Shown piece after piece: positions 38,153 to 48,360 of a stretch of DNA of 64,000 nucleotides. Each line of letters begins with the position of its first letter. The stretch's first letter is position 1. This DNA comes from Thermomicrobium sp. (GTDB lineage Bacteria > Chloroflexota > Chloroflexia > Thermomicrobiales > Thermomicrobiaceae). The notes beneath the pieces were generated by a model, which saw only the letters and a list, made by a program, of their open reading frames with translations, searched no databases and had not been told where the DNA came from. A program made the translations under genes and the position numbers. The stretch is from NCBI GenBank assembly GCA_026419575.1, contig JANZZC010000133.1, positions 2,496 through 66,495 on the forward strand, given 5' to 3'.

Positions 38153-38758
38153 ATGGGGGAAGGGCGGCGATTGCCGACGCGCGAGGAAGCGTGGGCGCTC
38201 GTCCGGGAGTTCACGACCCAGCCGCATCTCCTGCGGCACATGCGCGCGGTCGAGGCAGCGATGCGTGCCTACGCGCGGCGGTTCGGCGAGGACGAGGAGC
38301 TCTGGGGGCTCGTCGGGCTGCTCCACGACTTCGACTACGAACGGTACCCCGAGATCAGCACCGAGGGGCACCCGGTCGTCGGCTCGCGGATCCTTCGCGA
38401 GCGCGGCTATCCCGAGGAGGTGATCCGGGCGATCCTCGCGCACGCGAGCGAGGTCACCGGCGTGCAGCCCGAGACGCTGCTGGAGAGGACATTGGTGGCT
38501 GTCGACGAACTCACCGGGTTTCTGGTCGCCGTCGCTTTGGTGCGACCGAGCAAGAGCATCCTCGACGTGGAGGTCTCGAGCGTCAAAAAGAAGTGGAAGG
38601 CCAAGGAGTTCGCGGCAGCCGTCGATCGGCGGGAGATCGAGCACGCTGCCGCTGCGCTCGGGATACCGCTCGACGAGCACATCCGCATCGTCCTCGACGC
38701 AATGAAGGAGGTCGCCGAGGAACTGGGGCTGGAGCGGAAGCCGGTCGAGGCGGCCTAG
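38153..38758 (+). CDS. HD-domain phosphohydrolase
   Basis: H.RAVEA.MR..A and the LVGLLHDFDYE (HD) motif. 201 aa. Confidence 0.85.
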   Translation: MGEGRRLPTREEAWALVREFTTQPHLLRHMRAVEAAMRAYARRFGEDEELWGLVGLLHDFDYERYPEISTEGHPVVGSRILRERGYPEEVIRAILAHASEVTGVQPETLLERTLVAVDELTGFLVAVALVRPSKSILDVEVSSVKKKWKAKEFAAAVDRREIEHAAAALGIPLDEHIRIVLDAMKEVAEELGLERKPVEAA

Positions 38759-38821
38759 ATCGGTCTCGGCCGGAACGGCGTTCCGGGCGTGCGAGGTACG
38801 CCCGGTACCGCGACCGACGAA

Positions 38822-40081
38822 TCAGGCGGTCTTGATCTCCGTCCAGAGACGGTCGAATTTGAGGGCACCTTCCTCACCGACGTCCTTGATCCATTGCAGG
38901 CGCTTCCAGACCTCGGGCGGTGGGTAGACGCCGGGATTGCTGAGTACCGCCTCGTCGATGTAGCCCTGCTCGCGGGCAGCCTTGTTCGGCGAGCCGTACA
39001 TGATGTACATGGCGTTGCGCCCAGCGATGTCGGGGCGGTTGAGGAAATCGATGAAGGCCATGGCAGCGTACTTGTGCGGTGCCGTCTTGGGGACGCACAG
39101 GTTGTCCTGCCAGACCGTGCAGCCCTCGAGCGGGATGACGTAGCGCAGTCCGGCTCGCTCCTGTTCGGCCAAGAGGGCGTCGCCCGTCCAGATGTGGGCG
39201 ATCAGCGCTTCCCCCGCGACGAGGAGGTCGTCGTTGTTCTGGCTTGAGTACGCGAGTACGTGCGGCTTCTGGGCGAGGAGCAGGCTCTTCGCCTTGGCGA
39301 GGGCTTCGTCGCTCGTCTCGTTGATCTCGTAGCCGAGGTACATTAGCGCGGCGCCGATGACCTCGCGCTGATCGTCCAGCATGACGATCTTGCCTCGGGC
39401 TTCCGGACGCGGTTCGAAGACTTCTTTCCAACTCTCGAGGTTGTCGCCGAGGACCATCGTGTCGTAACTGTAGCCCGACGTTCCCCACATGTAAGGGACG
39501 CTGTACGTATTCTGGGGATCGTAGTAAGCGTGGAGATTCTCGGGGTCGATGTTCTCGATCGTCTTGATGATCGAGTAGTCGAGCGGCTCGAGCATACCGA
39601 GGTTGATCATGATGCTGACCATGTAGTCCGAGGGGACGATCACGTCGTAGCCGGTCGCACCACCTTGGAGCTTGGCGAGCAGATCCTCGTTCGACGCGTA
39701 GATGTCCATCGTGACCTTGACGCCGTAGATCCGCTCGAACTCGGTCAGGATATCCGGGTCGATGTATTCCGACCAGTTGTAGAAGTTGAGCTCCTTCTCG
39801 AGCTTGCTGGGATCGATGTAGTCGGGGATACCGGCCGTGCTCGGCGCGAGGGTACCCTCGCTGCTCGGCGTAGCGCCGGTGCTGGCCGGTGTCGCTGTCG
39901 GTGTCCCCTCACCGCGCCCGCAGGCAGCGAGGATCGTCGCGATCGCCGCTGCACTCGCCCCAGCGAGCCCGAGCCGTCGCAGGAGTTCACGACGGGAGAG
40001 ACGCCCGGACTGCCAATCGGTCACCCACCGCGCGATCAGATCTTCGCGCCGCATCGCATGCCTCCTCACGTCACGTCGCAC
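38822..40081 (-). CDS. potD: spermidine/putrescine ABC transporter substrate-binding lipoprotein
   Basis: Tat-like SRRELLRRLG plus lipobox LAAC. PotD/PotF-type SBP body (LNFYNWSEYIDP...). Last gene of potABCD order. The true start may be the internal Met at about 40054. Confidence 0.9.
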   Translation of the reverse strand: MRRDVRRHAMRREDLIARWVTDWQSGRLSRRELLRRLGLAGASAAAIATILAACGRGEGTPTATPASTGATPSSEGTLAPSTAGIPDYIDPSKLEKELNFYNWSEYIDPDILTEFERIYGVKVTMDIYASNEDLLAKLQGGATGYDVIVPSDYMVSIMINLGMLEPLDYSIIKTIENIDPENLHAYYDPQNTYSVPYMWGTSGYSYDTMVLGDNLESWKEVFEPRPEARGKIVMLDDQREVIGAALMYLGYEINETSDEALAKAKSLLLAQKPHVLAYSSQNNDDLLVAGEALIAHIWTGDALLAEQERAGLRYVIPLEGCTVWQDNLCVPKTAPHKYAAMAFIDFLNRPDIAGRNAMYIMYGSPNKAAREQGYIDEAVLSNPGVYPPPEVWKRLQWIKDVGEEGALKFDRLWTEIKTA

Positions 40082-40928
40082 GTCTCCGCTGGAAGGCGAG
40101 GGACCCCAGCACCAGTACGATCGAAGCCAAGAGCATCACGGTCGAGAGTGCATTCACGTCCGGGGTGATGCCGCGCCGGACACGTCCGTAGATCTCGAGC
40201 GGCAGAGTCGTCGAGCCGACACCGGCATTGAAGAACGTGATCACGAAGTCGTCGATCGAGAGCGTGAAGGCGAGCAGCGCTCCGGCGATGATCCCCGGCA
40301 TCAGCAGCGGTAGGGTCACGTAGCGGAACGTCTGCCAGTCGTTCGCGCCGAGGTCCTGCGCGGCCTGCTCGAGCGTCCGGTCGAAGTCGGCCAGACGAGC
40401 ACGGACGACCACCGCGACGAAGGGGAACGAGAAGGCGATGTGGGCGATGGTGATCGTCCCCAGGCCGAAGTTGAGCTGCAGGCCGAACAGCCGGTCAAGC
40501 CAGCTGAACGACAGATTGAAGAAGACGAGGAGCGCGATCGCCATGACGATCTCGGGAACGATGATCGGCAGGTACATCGCGCCCTCGTAGAGCCGCTTGA
40601 CGCGGAACCGCGTCCGCTCGAGCGCCATCGCCGTGAGCGTCCCAATCACCGTCGAGACGAGGGTGGACACGAGCGCGATGACGAGGGAGTTCTCTGCTGC
40701 CACCCGGACGCGCTCGTCGTGCACCATGCGGGCGTACCAGTCGAGCGTGAAGCCCATCCAGACCTGCATCTGGCGGGACGCGTTGAAGCTGAAGATCGAC
40801 ATCACGACGATCGGCGCGTAGAGGAACACGAACGTCGAGAGGACGTTCAACCAGAGCAACGCCCACCCGGCGGAAAGCCGTCGTTTCCGCCGGGGCGCCT
40901 GGAGACTGGTCGTCGCGGTCGCGGTCAT
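40071..40928 (-). CDS. potC: spermidine/putrescine ABC transporter permease
   Basis: Six-TM BPD permease with EAA loop (LEQAAQDLGANDWQTFRYVTLPL). Confidence 0.9.
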   Translation of the reverse strand: MTATATTSLQAPRRKRRLSAGWALLWLNVLSTFVFLYAPIVVMSIFSFNASRQMQVWMGFTLDWYARMVHDERVRVAAENSLVIALVSTLVSTVIGTLTAMALERTRFRVKRLYEGAMYLPIIVPEIVMAIALLVFFNLSFSWLDRLFGLQLNFGLGTITIAHIAFSFPFVAVVVRARLADFDRTLEQAAQDLGANDWQTFRYVTLPLLMPGIIAGALLAFTLSIDDFVITFFNAGVGSTTLPLEIYGRVRRGITPDVNALSTVMLLASIVLVLGSLAFQRRRAT

Positions 40929-41839
40929 ATGCGCCGTGTCTCCCCGATCCGGAAGTACAGCATCGTCGCGGCCAGGACGATGGCCATGAGCACGAAGGAG
41001 ACCGCCGAGCCGAACGGCCAGTGTCGGACCGTCAGGAACTGCTGGTTGATCAGGTTGGCGATCATCACGACCTTCCCGCCACCGAGGAGGTCAGGGGTCA
41101 CGAAGGCGCCGACCGAAGGGATGAAGACGAGAATGGAGCCGGCGAGGACGCCCGGCAGCGTGAGCGGCAGCAACACGCGCCAGAACACCTGCCACGTGTC
41201 GGCGCCGAGATCCTGTGCAGCTTCGACGAGCGTGAAATCGAACTTCTCGATGGACGCATAGATAGGCAGGATCATGAAGGGGAGATACCCGTAGACCAGT
41301 CCCAGGACGACCGCGAAGGGGGTGAACAGCATCGTCAAAGGCCGGTCGATCAGACCGAGCCATTGGAGCGCATTGTTGATGAGCCCGTCGGATCGCAGCA
41401 GCAGCATGATGGCATAGGTGCGGACAAGGAAGTTCGTCCAGAACGGGATGAGGACCAAGACGAGCAAGGCGTTCCGCCAACGCCGTGGACTCCGGGCGAT
41501 CACGAACGCGAAGGGGTAGCCGATCAGCAGGCAGATCACCGTCGTCAGCAGGGCGAGCCACACCGACACGAGAAAGACCCGGATGTAGAGCCAGTCGAAG
41601 AAGCGGACGTAGTTCTCGAGCGTGAAGGCCCAGCTGACCGTTCCGTACGGACCACGCCTGGCGAAGCTGTACGCGAAGACGATCGCGGTCGGAAGCAAGA
41701 AGAACAGCAGCAACCACAGCCCACCGGGGCCGGCGAGCAGCAGCGCGCGCAGCCCCTCGTGCTGACGAATCGCGTCCCCGAGACGCTCGCGCCAGCTTCT
41801 GCTCCGCTCGCTCGGCCGAATCCGCTCGACGATGGCCAT
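40925..41839 (-). CDS. potB: spermidine/putrescine ABC transporter permease
   Basis: BPD permease with EAA loop (LVEAAQDLGADTWQVFWRVLLPL). ATGA overlap with potC. Confidence 0.9.
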   Translation of the reverse strand: MAIVERIRPSERSRSWRERLGDAIRQHEGLRALLLAGPGGLWLLLFFLLPTAIVFAYSFARRGPYGTVSWAFTLENYVRFFDWLYIRVFLVSVWLALLTTVICLLIGYPFAFVIARSPRRWRNALLVLVLIPFWTNFLVRTYAIMLLLRSDGLINNALQWLGLIDRPLTMLFTPFAVVLGLVYGYLPFMILPIYASIEKFDFTLVEAAQDLGADTWQVFWRVLLPLTLPGVLAGSILVFIPSVGAFVTPDLLGGGKVVMIANLINQQFLTVRHWPFGSAVSFVLMAIVLAATMLYFRIGETRRI

Positions 41840-41857
41840 CGCGGTGCCTGCTTCCGT

Positions 41858-42976
41858 TCAGTCCAGGAGCACTCGGGCAGCGTCCGGCGCCCAGGACAGC
41901 GCCACGGCTGTACCGATCGGCAGGAGCTGTCCACCGTCGAGCCGGTTGCGGTCGTTCTGGCTCCGCACGCGCACCGTCGTCGTCTCGTCGATCCGGACCA
42001 CGTAGAAGGTGTCCGTACCGATGTAGATGACCTCCTCAACCCGTCCCCGCAGGAGTCCGTCCGCTCCCGGAGCTTCCAGCGGAACGATCTGCACCTTTTC
42101 CGGCCGGACGGCGACCGTCACCTCGCTGCCGACGGAGAGCGGCTCGTCGATGCGGACCCGCACCGGGCGGTTTCCGGCGACGAGCACCGTGGCCGTGTCG
42201 CGCTCGACGTCGTCGACCCGACCGGAAAGGAAGTTCGTCTCGCCGATGAAGTCGGCGACGAACCGGGAAGTGGGACGCTCGTAGATCTCGATCGGCGTGC
42301 CCACCTGGAGCACTCTCCCGGCGTTCATGACGGCGATCCGGTCGGACATGGTGAGCGCCTCTTCCTGGTCGTGGGTGACATAGATGAACGTGATGCCGAC
42401 CGTCATCTGGAGGTGCTTGAGCTCGAGTTGCATCTCCTTGCGCAGCTTGAGGTCGAGCGCGCCGAGCGGCTCGTCGAGCAGGAGCACCCGTGGCCGGTTC
42501 ACGAGCGCGCGCGCGAGCGCGACGCGCTGCTGCTGGCCACCGGACAGCTGCCGCGGATACCGCTCCTCGAAGCCGCTCAACCGGACCAGCTGGAGCGCTT
42601 CGCGCACCCGCCGGCTGATCTCGTCCCGCGGGACGCGCTTCATGCGGAGGCCGAACGCCACGTTCTCGAACACGGTCATGTGCGGGAAGAGCGCGTAGTT
42701 CTGGAAGACCGTGTTCACGTTGCGCCGGAACGGTGGGGTGTGACCCATCGGCCGTCCTTCGATCCGGACTTCGCCGGCGGTCGGGTGCTCGAACCCGGCG
42801 ATCATCCGGAGCGTCGTCGTCTTACCGCATCCCGAGGGACCCAGGAGCGAGAAGAACTCTCCCTGCTGGATCTGGAGCGTGACGCGATCGACCGCGACGA
42901 CACCGGAGTCGAAGACTTTCGTGACATCGATCAGCTCGACGTCGATGGGGCGATCCAATGGTGCGAATCCTCCCAT
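41858..42976 (-). CDS. potA: spermidine/putrescine ABC transporter ATP-binding protein
   Basis: Walker [10 protein letters not shown], signature [15 protein letters not shown], Walker B LLLDEP. A C-terminal TOBE-like domain follows. Confidence 0.95.
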   Translation of the reverse strand: MGGFAPLDRPIDVELIDVTKVFDSGVVAVDRVTLQIQQGEFFSLLGPSGCGKTTTLRMIAGFEHPTAGEVRIEGRPMGHTPPFRRNVNTVFQNYALFPHMTVFENVAFGLRMKRVPRDEISRRVREALQLVRLSGFEERYPRQLSGGQQQRVALARALVNRPRVLLLDEPLGALDLKLRKEMQLELKHLQMTVGITFIYVTHDQEEALTMSDRIAVMNAGRVLQVGTPIEIYERPTSRFVADFIGETNFLSGRVDDVERDTATVLVAGNRPVRVRIDEPLSVGSEVTVAVRPEKVQIVPLEAPGADGLLRGRVEEVIYIGTDTFYVVRIDETTTVRVRSQNDRNRLDGGQLLPIGTAVALSWAPDAARVLLD

Positions 42977-43022
42977 GCCGCTCGTGCTCGTATTGGCCGT
43001 TCCGGACAGGCCACAGCGAATT

Positions 43023-44471
43023 CTATACCGTATTGCTTCCCTCGCCGCAAACGGTCCCGGCTTGCCGAACGGTGCCGTTCGTCCGCTCCGGCCAACAGGT
43101 GCGCTGGCGGACGATCTCCGCGCTCGGATACCAGCGCTCGCGTGCCTGGCCGACCAGATAGAGCGATCCCGTCACCAGGACCAGATCGTCGCTCCGGGCG
43201 ACCTCGAGCGCCACGTCGACTGCCTCCTCCACGCAGCGCATGGGTACGGCTGGCGTGCCGAGCCGCTCGAAGAGCACCGCGAGCGCCGTCGGGTCAGCGG
43301 CTGTACGGAGCGTCGCTTCCGGCGCTGCGGTGAACACGAGGTCGACCCGCTCGGCGAGGAGGCGCGCCATCTCCTCCGCATCGTGCCCGTCCAGAACGCC
43401 GAAGATCGCGATGCGACGCGCCGCTCGGGGCAGGTCTTCCAACGCGGCGAGCAGGGCACGCAGCTTCTGCGGATTGTGCGCCCCGTCGAGGACCACCATC
43501 GGCCGCTCCTGTACCAACTCGAAACGACCGGGAAAGCGGGCCGTCGCCAGACCCTGGGCGATCGCGGCCTCCGCCCGCTCGGACGGCCAGCCGAGTTCCC
43601 GGATCGCTGCGCTCGCCAGCGCCGCGTTGTGGGCCTGGAAGCGCCCGCCGAGCCCGAGGCGGTAGCGGCGCCCGGTGCGCGTCTCGACGAGGAACGTGGC
43701 GCCGGCCTCGCAGTTCACCGTGAAGTCGCGGCCGGGTAGGACGACGCGCAGCGGGGCTCCGTTCCGGCGAGCCTCGTCCGCGATGATGGCGAGCAGATCG
43801 GGGTCGTCGACGCCGGTCACGGCCGGCCGACCAGGCTTGATGATGCCAGCTTTGTGCCACGCGATGTCGCGGATCGTCGGCCCCAGTGTGCGGACGTGGT
43901 CGAGACCGACCGTCGTGATGACGGAGACCTCCGGGAAGACGACGTTGGTGAGGTCGAACCGTCCGCCGACACCCACTTCGACGACCGCGAAATCGACGGC
44001 TTCGCGCCGAAAGGTATGAAAGACGAGCGCGGTCCAGAACTCGCCGTAGGTGAGGGGATCCTCTCCCTCGGCGAGCCACGCGCGCACCGCTTCGTCGAGT
44101 TCAGCGACGTAGGTAGCGAAGCGATCTGCGGGCAGGAGCCGATCGCCGATCTGCAGCTTTTCGGTCTCGACCTGTAGGTACGGGGAAATGTGCAGCCCGA
44201 CGCGGTAGCCGGCCGCGTGGAGAATGCTCGCGATGAAGGCGCTGGTCGAGCCCTTCCCGGAAGTGCCGGTGACGTGAACGACCGGATAGGCCCGGTGCGG
44301 CTCGCCGAAGAAGGCGAGGAAGGAGCGGAGACGTTCCAGGCGTTGGCGGGCACGTTCCCGGACGACTTCCGGCGGTGTCCCCGGCGGCGGACCGGGTGGC
44401 GCTTGGATGAGCGCGCGGAGATACGAGACCGCCCACCGGTATCGTGGATCGATCGACGCGAACTCAGCCAT
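43023..44471 (-). CDS. folC: bifunctional folylpolyglutamate synthase / dihydrofolate synthase (Mur ligase family)
   Basis: HVTGTSGKGST P-loop, ISPYL and VVEVG.GGR.D.TNV blocks. Confidence 0.9.
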   Translation of the reverse strand: MAEFASIDPRYRWAVSYLRALIQAPPGPPPGTPPEVVRERARQRLERLRSFLAFFGEPHRAYPVVHVTGTSGKGSTSAFIASILHAAGYRVGLHISPYLQVETEKLQIGDRLLPADRFATYVAELDEAVRAWLAEGEDPLTYGEFWTALVFHTFRREAVDFAVVEVGVGGRFDLTNVVFPEVSVITTVGLDHVRTLGPTIRDIAWHKAGIIKPGRPAVTGVDDPDLLAIIADEARRNGAPLRVVLPGRDFTVNCEAGATFLVETRTGRRYRLGLGGRFQAHNAALASAAIRELGWPSERAEAAIAQGLATARFPGRFELVQERPMVVLDGAHNPQKLRALLAALEDLPRAARRIAIFGVLDGHDAEEMARLLAERVDLVFTAAPEATLRTAADPTALAVLFERLGTPAVPMRCVEEAVDVALEVARSDDLVLVTGSLYLVGQARERWYPSAEIVRQRTCWPERTNGTVRQAGTVCGEGSNTV

Positions 44472-44543
44472 CTCCGGAGTGTCCTCTTGCTCGTCCGATA
44501 CACTACCACGGGCAGTGGCGCAGTGATTCTAGCGTGCTCGGAC

Positions 44544-45791
44544 ATGCGGAGACAGTGCAGCGAGGAATGGCCCTCTTGGCGGCTCTTCGCCGGTGCGGCG
44601 ATAGCCTGGAGTCTGCTCGGTGGCTTCGCGAGCGGTGCGCTCCTCTTCGCCGCCCGATGGATCGGGCGGGGCGAGCTCGGCACGCCAGCGCTCGCTGTCG
44701 TCCACGGTCGAGTTCAGGTGTTCGGTTTCGTGCTCCTGATGACGATTGGCGTACTCTACTGGTTCCTCCCGCGTCTCTGGGGCGTCCCGGCTGCACCAGG
44801 CACGCACCCGGGAGCTGCGTTGGGGCTGTTCACCAGCGGTGCGATCCTCGCGGTCGTCGGGCATCTGGCGGAGGCCGGGCCGGTCGTCACGGTCGCCGCT
44901 GCGTTGGAGACCGGGGGTGCAGTCGTCGTCATGCGCGATATCCTCGGGCTCCTGCGCCGGCGAGCGGAGCCAGGCAAGGGTGACGATCCAGCGCTCCTCG
45001 CCGCGCTCGGGTCCGCGGCTCTCGCGCTTCCCAGCGCTTTCGTCGTGCAGGGGCTGGCCCCAACTGGACTCTTGCCGATCGGACTGGCGCTCTCGTTCTC
45101 GCTCGCGTTCCACGGCGTGCTCGTGCCGATCGCTCTCGCCATGTCGGCGCGACTCTTCCCGCTCTACTTCCGGACGCGCTTGCCGGTGCGCCGGGTCTTG
45201 GCTGCCGCGCTGGCGGTGAACGCTGCTGGGCTGGCGATCCGGACGTGGGGGCTCGCCAGGGACTGGGCTGTTGGCGTACGATTCGGGAGCGTGCTCGAGG
45301 GAGCGGCGATCCTGGCAGCGATCGGTGCCTTGCAGCTGCTCGCGCCACGTCAGCGGCGACCGGCCGCAGCGCGCGTGCTCTGGCGGGATCCGACGACCTA
45401 TCTCGTCCATGCCGCCTATTGCTGCCTGGGATGTGACGCCGTTCTGCTGATGTGGGCAGGCGTCGTCGGCGCGACGGTTGCGGGCACGCTCGAGTGGCAT
45501 CTCGTCGGGGTTGGGTATCTGACCGGCCTCATTTTGGGAGTGGGAACGCACCTCCTGCCTGGTTTCGCGCGACGCCGGCAGTGCAGCGAGCGCGCCGCGT
45601 GGGGGATCTTCGTCGGGTATCTCGCGATGACCGCGCTGCGGCTCGTCGCCGCTGTGGTCGCCGGCACTCGGGCAGCGCCAGCGGGAACCGCCGCGGGGAT
45701 CGTGGGACTCGTCACGCTCACCGTTTTCGCGTGGAACTCCCGGATCCTCGACGCAGCGAACCGGGAGCATCGTAGGGAGCCGACGTGTTAA
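44544..45791 (+). CDS. NnrS-like polytopic membrane protein
   Basis: 415 aa with about 12 TM helices. HGRVQVFGFVLLMTIGVLYWFLPRL resembles the NnrS His-containing helix. The assignment is moderate only. Confidence 0.65.
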   Translation: MRRQCSEEWPSWRLFAGAAIAWSLLGGFASGALLFAARWIGRGELGTPALAVVHGRVQVFGFVLLMTIGVLYWFLPRLWGVPAAPGTHPGAALGLFTSGAILAVVGHLAEAGPVVTVAAALETGGAVVVMRDILGLLRRRAEPGKGDDPALLAALGSAALALPSAFVVQGLAPTGLLPIGLALSFSLAFHGVLVPIALAMSARLFPLYFRTRLPVRRVLAAALAVNAAGLAIRTWGLARDWAVGVRFGSVLEGAAILAAIGALQLLAPRQRRPAAARVLWRDPTTYLVHAAYCCLGCDAVLLMWAGVVGATVAGTLEWHLVGVGYLTGLILGVGTHLLPGFARRRQCSERAAWGIFVGYLAMTALRLVAAVVAGTRAAPAGTAAGIVGLVTLTVFAWNSRILDAANREHRREPTC

Positions 45792-45847
45792 GATACGAGC
45801 GCGTTTCGGAACGCGGCGAGCCGGAGAACGCAGAGGGGCCGAGGACG

Positions 45848-46939
45848 ATGAACGAGCTGACACAGGAACGGATCATCGAGGCGCTGCGTCCAGTGCAGGA
45901 TCCTGAGCTCCGGCGGAGTCTCGTCGAGCTCGGCATGGTGAAAGAGGTCGCGATCGAAGGGACCAGGGTTCGGGTCCAGGTGGAGTTGACGACGCCGGCG
46001 TGCCCGCTCCGGGAACGCATCCGCAGCGATGTCGAGCGAGCCGTCCTCGCGGTACCGGGCGTCGAGCAGGTCGACGTCGCCTTCTCCGCGCGTGTCCGGG
46101 CGGCGGGCACCGGTTTGCCCGATCGGCAACCGATTCCGGGCGTCAAGAATACGATCGCGGTCGCGAGCGGCAAGGGCGGCGTCGGCAAGTCGACCGTCGC
46201 GGTCAATCTCGCGGTGGCGCTCGCGCGAGAGGGGGCAGCCGTCGGGCTGCTCGATGCTGACGTCTACGGCCCGAGCATCCCGTTGATGCTCGGTGCGGAG
46301 GAGCAGCCTGGCCTCGCCGAGAACAAGATCATCCCGGGGCGGGCCTACGGGATCGCCGTGATGTCGGTCGGCTATATCCTGGATCCGGAGAAGGCGCTGA
46401 TCTGGCGTGGTCCGCTGGTCTCCCAACTGATCCGGCAGTTCCTGAGCGATGTCCAGTGGGGCGAACTCGACTACCTGGTCATCGACCTGCCGCCCGGGAC
46501 CGGAGATGTCCAGTTGACGCTCGTGCAAACGATCCCGCTCTCCGGGGCGATCATCGTCACGACGCCGCAGGATGTCGCGTTGGCGGACGCCATCAAGGGG
46601 CTGCAGATGTTCCGCGAGGTGAAGACACCGGTCCTCGGTATCATCGAGAACATGAGCTACTTCGTCTGCCCGCACTGTGGGCATGTGGCGGAAATCTTCG
46701 GCTCCGGCGGGGGCGAACGGGTGGCCAATGCCTACGGGGTGCCGCTGCTCGGTCACATTCCGATCGATCCCGCCGTGCGCGAAGGCGGCGATACCGGGCG
46801 CCCGATCGTCGTGAGTCATCCGGACTCCGCGACGGCGGCGGCCTTCCGCGAAGCGGCTCGTCAGGCAGCCGCGCGCCTCGCGGTCGAGGCCGCGAACAAA
46901 CCGCGCAAACCGACCCTGTTGCTGCGTCCGCAGCGGTAA
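45848..46939 (+). CDS. mrp: Mrp/NBP35 (ApbC) Fe-S cluster carrier ATPase with N-terminal DUF59
   Basis: DUF59 (L..V.DPEL..SLVELGMV), deviant Walker A ASGKGGVGKST, and the CPHCG motif. Confidence 0.92.
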   Translation: MNELTQERIIEALRPVQDPELRRSLVELGMVKEVAIEGTRVRVQVELTTPACPLRERIRSDVERAVLAVPGVEQVDVAFSARVRAAGTGLPDRQPIPGVKNTIAVASGKGGVGKSTVAVNLAVALAREGAAVGLLDADVYGPSIPLMLGAEEQPGLAENKIIPGRAYGIAVMSVGYILDPEKALIWRGPLVSQLIRQFLSDVQWGELDYLVIDLPPGTGDVQLTLVQTIPLSGAIIVTTPQDVALADAIKGLQMFREVKTPVLGIIENMSYFVCPHCGHVAEIFGSGGGERVANAYGVPLLGHIPIDPAVREGGDTGRPIVVSHPDSATAAAFREAARQAAARLAVEAANKPRKPTLLLRPQR

Positions 46940-47000
46940 GATCGAGTGACGAGCCGAAGCGTCGGCTGTCCGCGAGGAGCCGGTCGAGGAAGGGGAGGGT

Positions 47001-48335
47001 ATGCGCTGCCAGCGGTGTGGTGAGCAGCTGCCGGAGGGAGCGCGCTTCTGTCCGTGGTGCGGCGCACGCGTGGTGTCGGAGGGGTTCGGCGCACGTCGGC
47101 GCGTCGTCGTCACCGGTCTCGGCGCGATCACTCCCCTCGCGCTCAGCGCGGAAGAGACGTGGCAGCGCCTACTGCGCGGCGAGTCGGGCGTGCGGCGCAT
47201 CGAACGGTTCGACCCCAGCGATCTCCCCGTGCAGATTGCGGCCGAGGTGCGCGATTTCCGCTTGGGCGACTGGGTCGATCCGAAGACGGCGCGACAGATG
47301 GCGATGTTCAGCCAGTACGCCCTGGAAGCGGGTGGGCAAGCGTTGCGCGACGCGCGACTGGACGCCGACGACATCGATCCTGCACGGGCCGCAGTGGTGA
47401 TCGGGACCGGGGCTGGGGGCATGGCGACCATCCTCGAGACGCACGAACTCGCGCAACGTCGCGGGCTCATGCGCATTTCTCCGCACTTCATGACGACATT
47501 CCCCCACAACATGCCGGCCTATCACCTCGCCCAAGCGTTCCGCTTCCTCGGCCCCAGCCTCACCGTGTCGACGGCGTGCGCGACCGGGGCGCAGGCGATC
47601 GGCGAAGCGGCCGAAATGATCCGCTCCGGAGTCGCCGACGTCGCGCTGGCCGGCGGCACGGAGTACGCCGTCTTCCCGTTGTTCATCGCCAGTTTCGCCG
47701 TGCAGCGCGCCGCCTCGACCTGGAACGATCGTCCGGAGGAGGCCAGCCGGCCGTTCGACGCGGAGCGACACGGATTCGTCGTCGGCGAGGGGGCCGGGAT
47801 CGTGGTGTTGGAGAGCCTCGAACACGCCAGGGCGCGCGGTGCCCGGATCTACGCGGAGCTCCTGGGCTACGCCTCGAGCAACGACGGTTACCACCCGATC
47901 GCGCCGGATCCTGAGGGGAGCGGGGCAGCCAGAGCGATCCGCGCAGCCCTCGCCGATGCCGGCGTGCGCCCCGACGAGGTCGACTACATCAACGCGCATG
48001 CCGCGTCGACGCCGCTCGGCGACCACGCGGAGACGATCGCGATCAAGGCGGTCTTCGGCGAGCAGGCGTACCGGATCCCCGTCAGTTCGACCAAGTCGAT
48101 GATCGGCCATCTCATGGGAGCGGCGGGCGCGGTCGAGTCGATCGTCACGATCCTCAGTATCCGCGACGGCGTGATCCACCCGACGCGGAACTACACTTTC
48201 CGCGATCCCGAGTGCGATCTGGATTACGTGCCGGAGGGCGCCCGGCGATGTCGAGTCCGGATCGCTCTGAAGAACTCCTTCGGCCTCGGTGGTCAGAACT
48301 GCTGCCTCGTCTTCGGGGCCTGGGAGGATCGCTGA
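47001..48335 (+). CDS. fabF: beta-ketoacyl-ACP synthase II with N-terminal zinc-ribbon extension
   Basis: KAS II core RRVVVTGLGAITPL and catalytic triad contexts STACATG, NAHAAST, KSMIGHLMGAAG. The first 25 aa are MRCQRCGEQLPEGARFCPWCGARVV (CxxC-x10-CxxC). RBS GGGGAGGG lies directly upstream of ATG 47001. Confidence 0.9.
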   Translation: MRCQRCGEQLPEGARFCPWCGARVVSEGFGARRRVVVTGLGAITPLALSAEETWQRLLRGESGVRRIERFDPSDLPVQIAAEVRDFRLGDWVDPKTARQMAMFSQYALEAGGQALRDARLDADDIDPARAAVVIGTGAGGMATILETHELAQRRGLMRISPHFMTTFPHNMPAYHLAQAFRFLGPSLTVSTACATGAQAIGEAAEMIRSGVADVALAGGTEYAVFPLFIASFAVQRAASTWNDRPEEASRPFDAERHGFVVGEGAGIVVLESLEHARARGARIYAELLGYASSNDGYHPIAPDPEGSGAARAIRAALADAGVRPDEVDYINAHAASTPLGDHAETIAIKAVFGEQAYRIPVSSTKSMIGHLMGAAGAVESIVTILSIRDGVIHPTRNYTFRDPECDLDYVPEGARRCRVRIALKNSFGLGGQNCCLVFGAWEDR

Positions 48336-48360
48336 GCGGTGCATCGAAGAGGAGGGCGTC

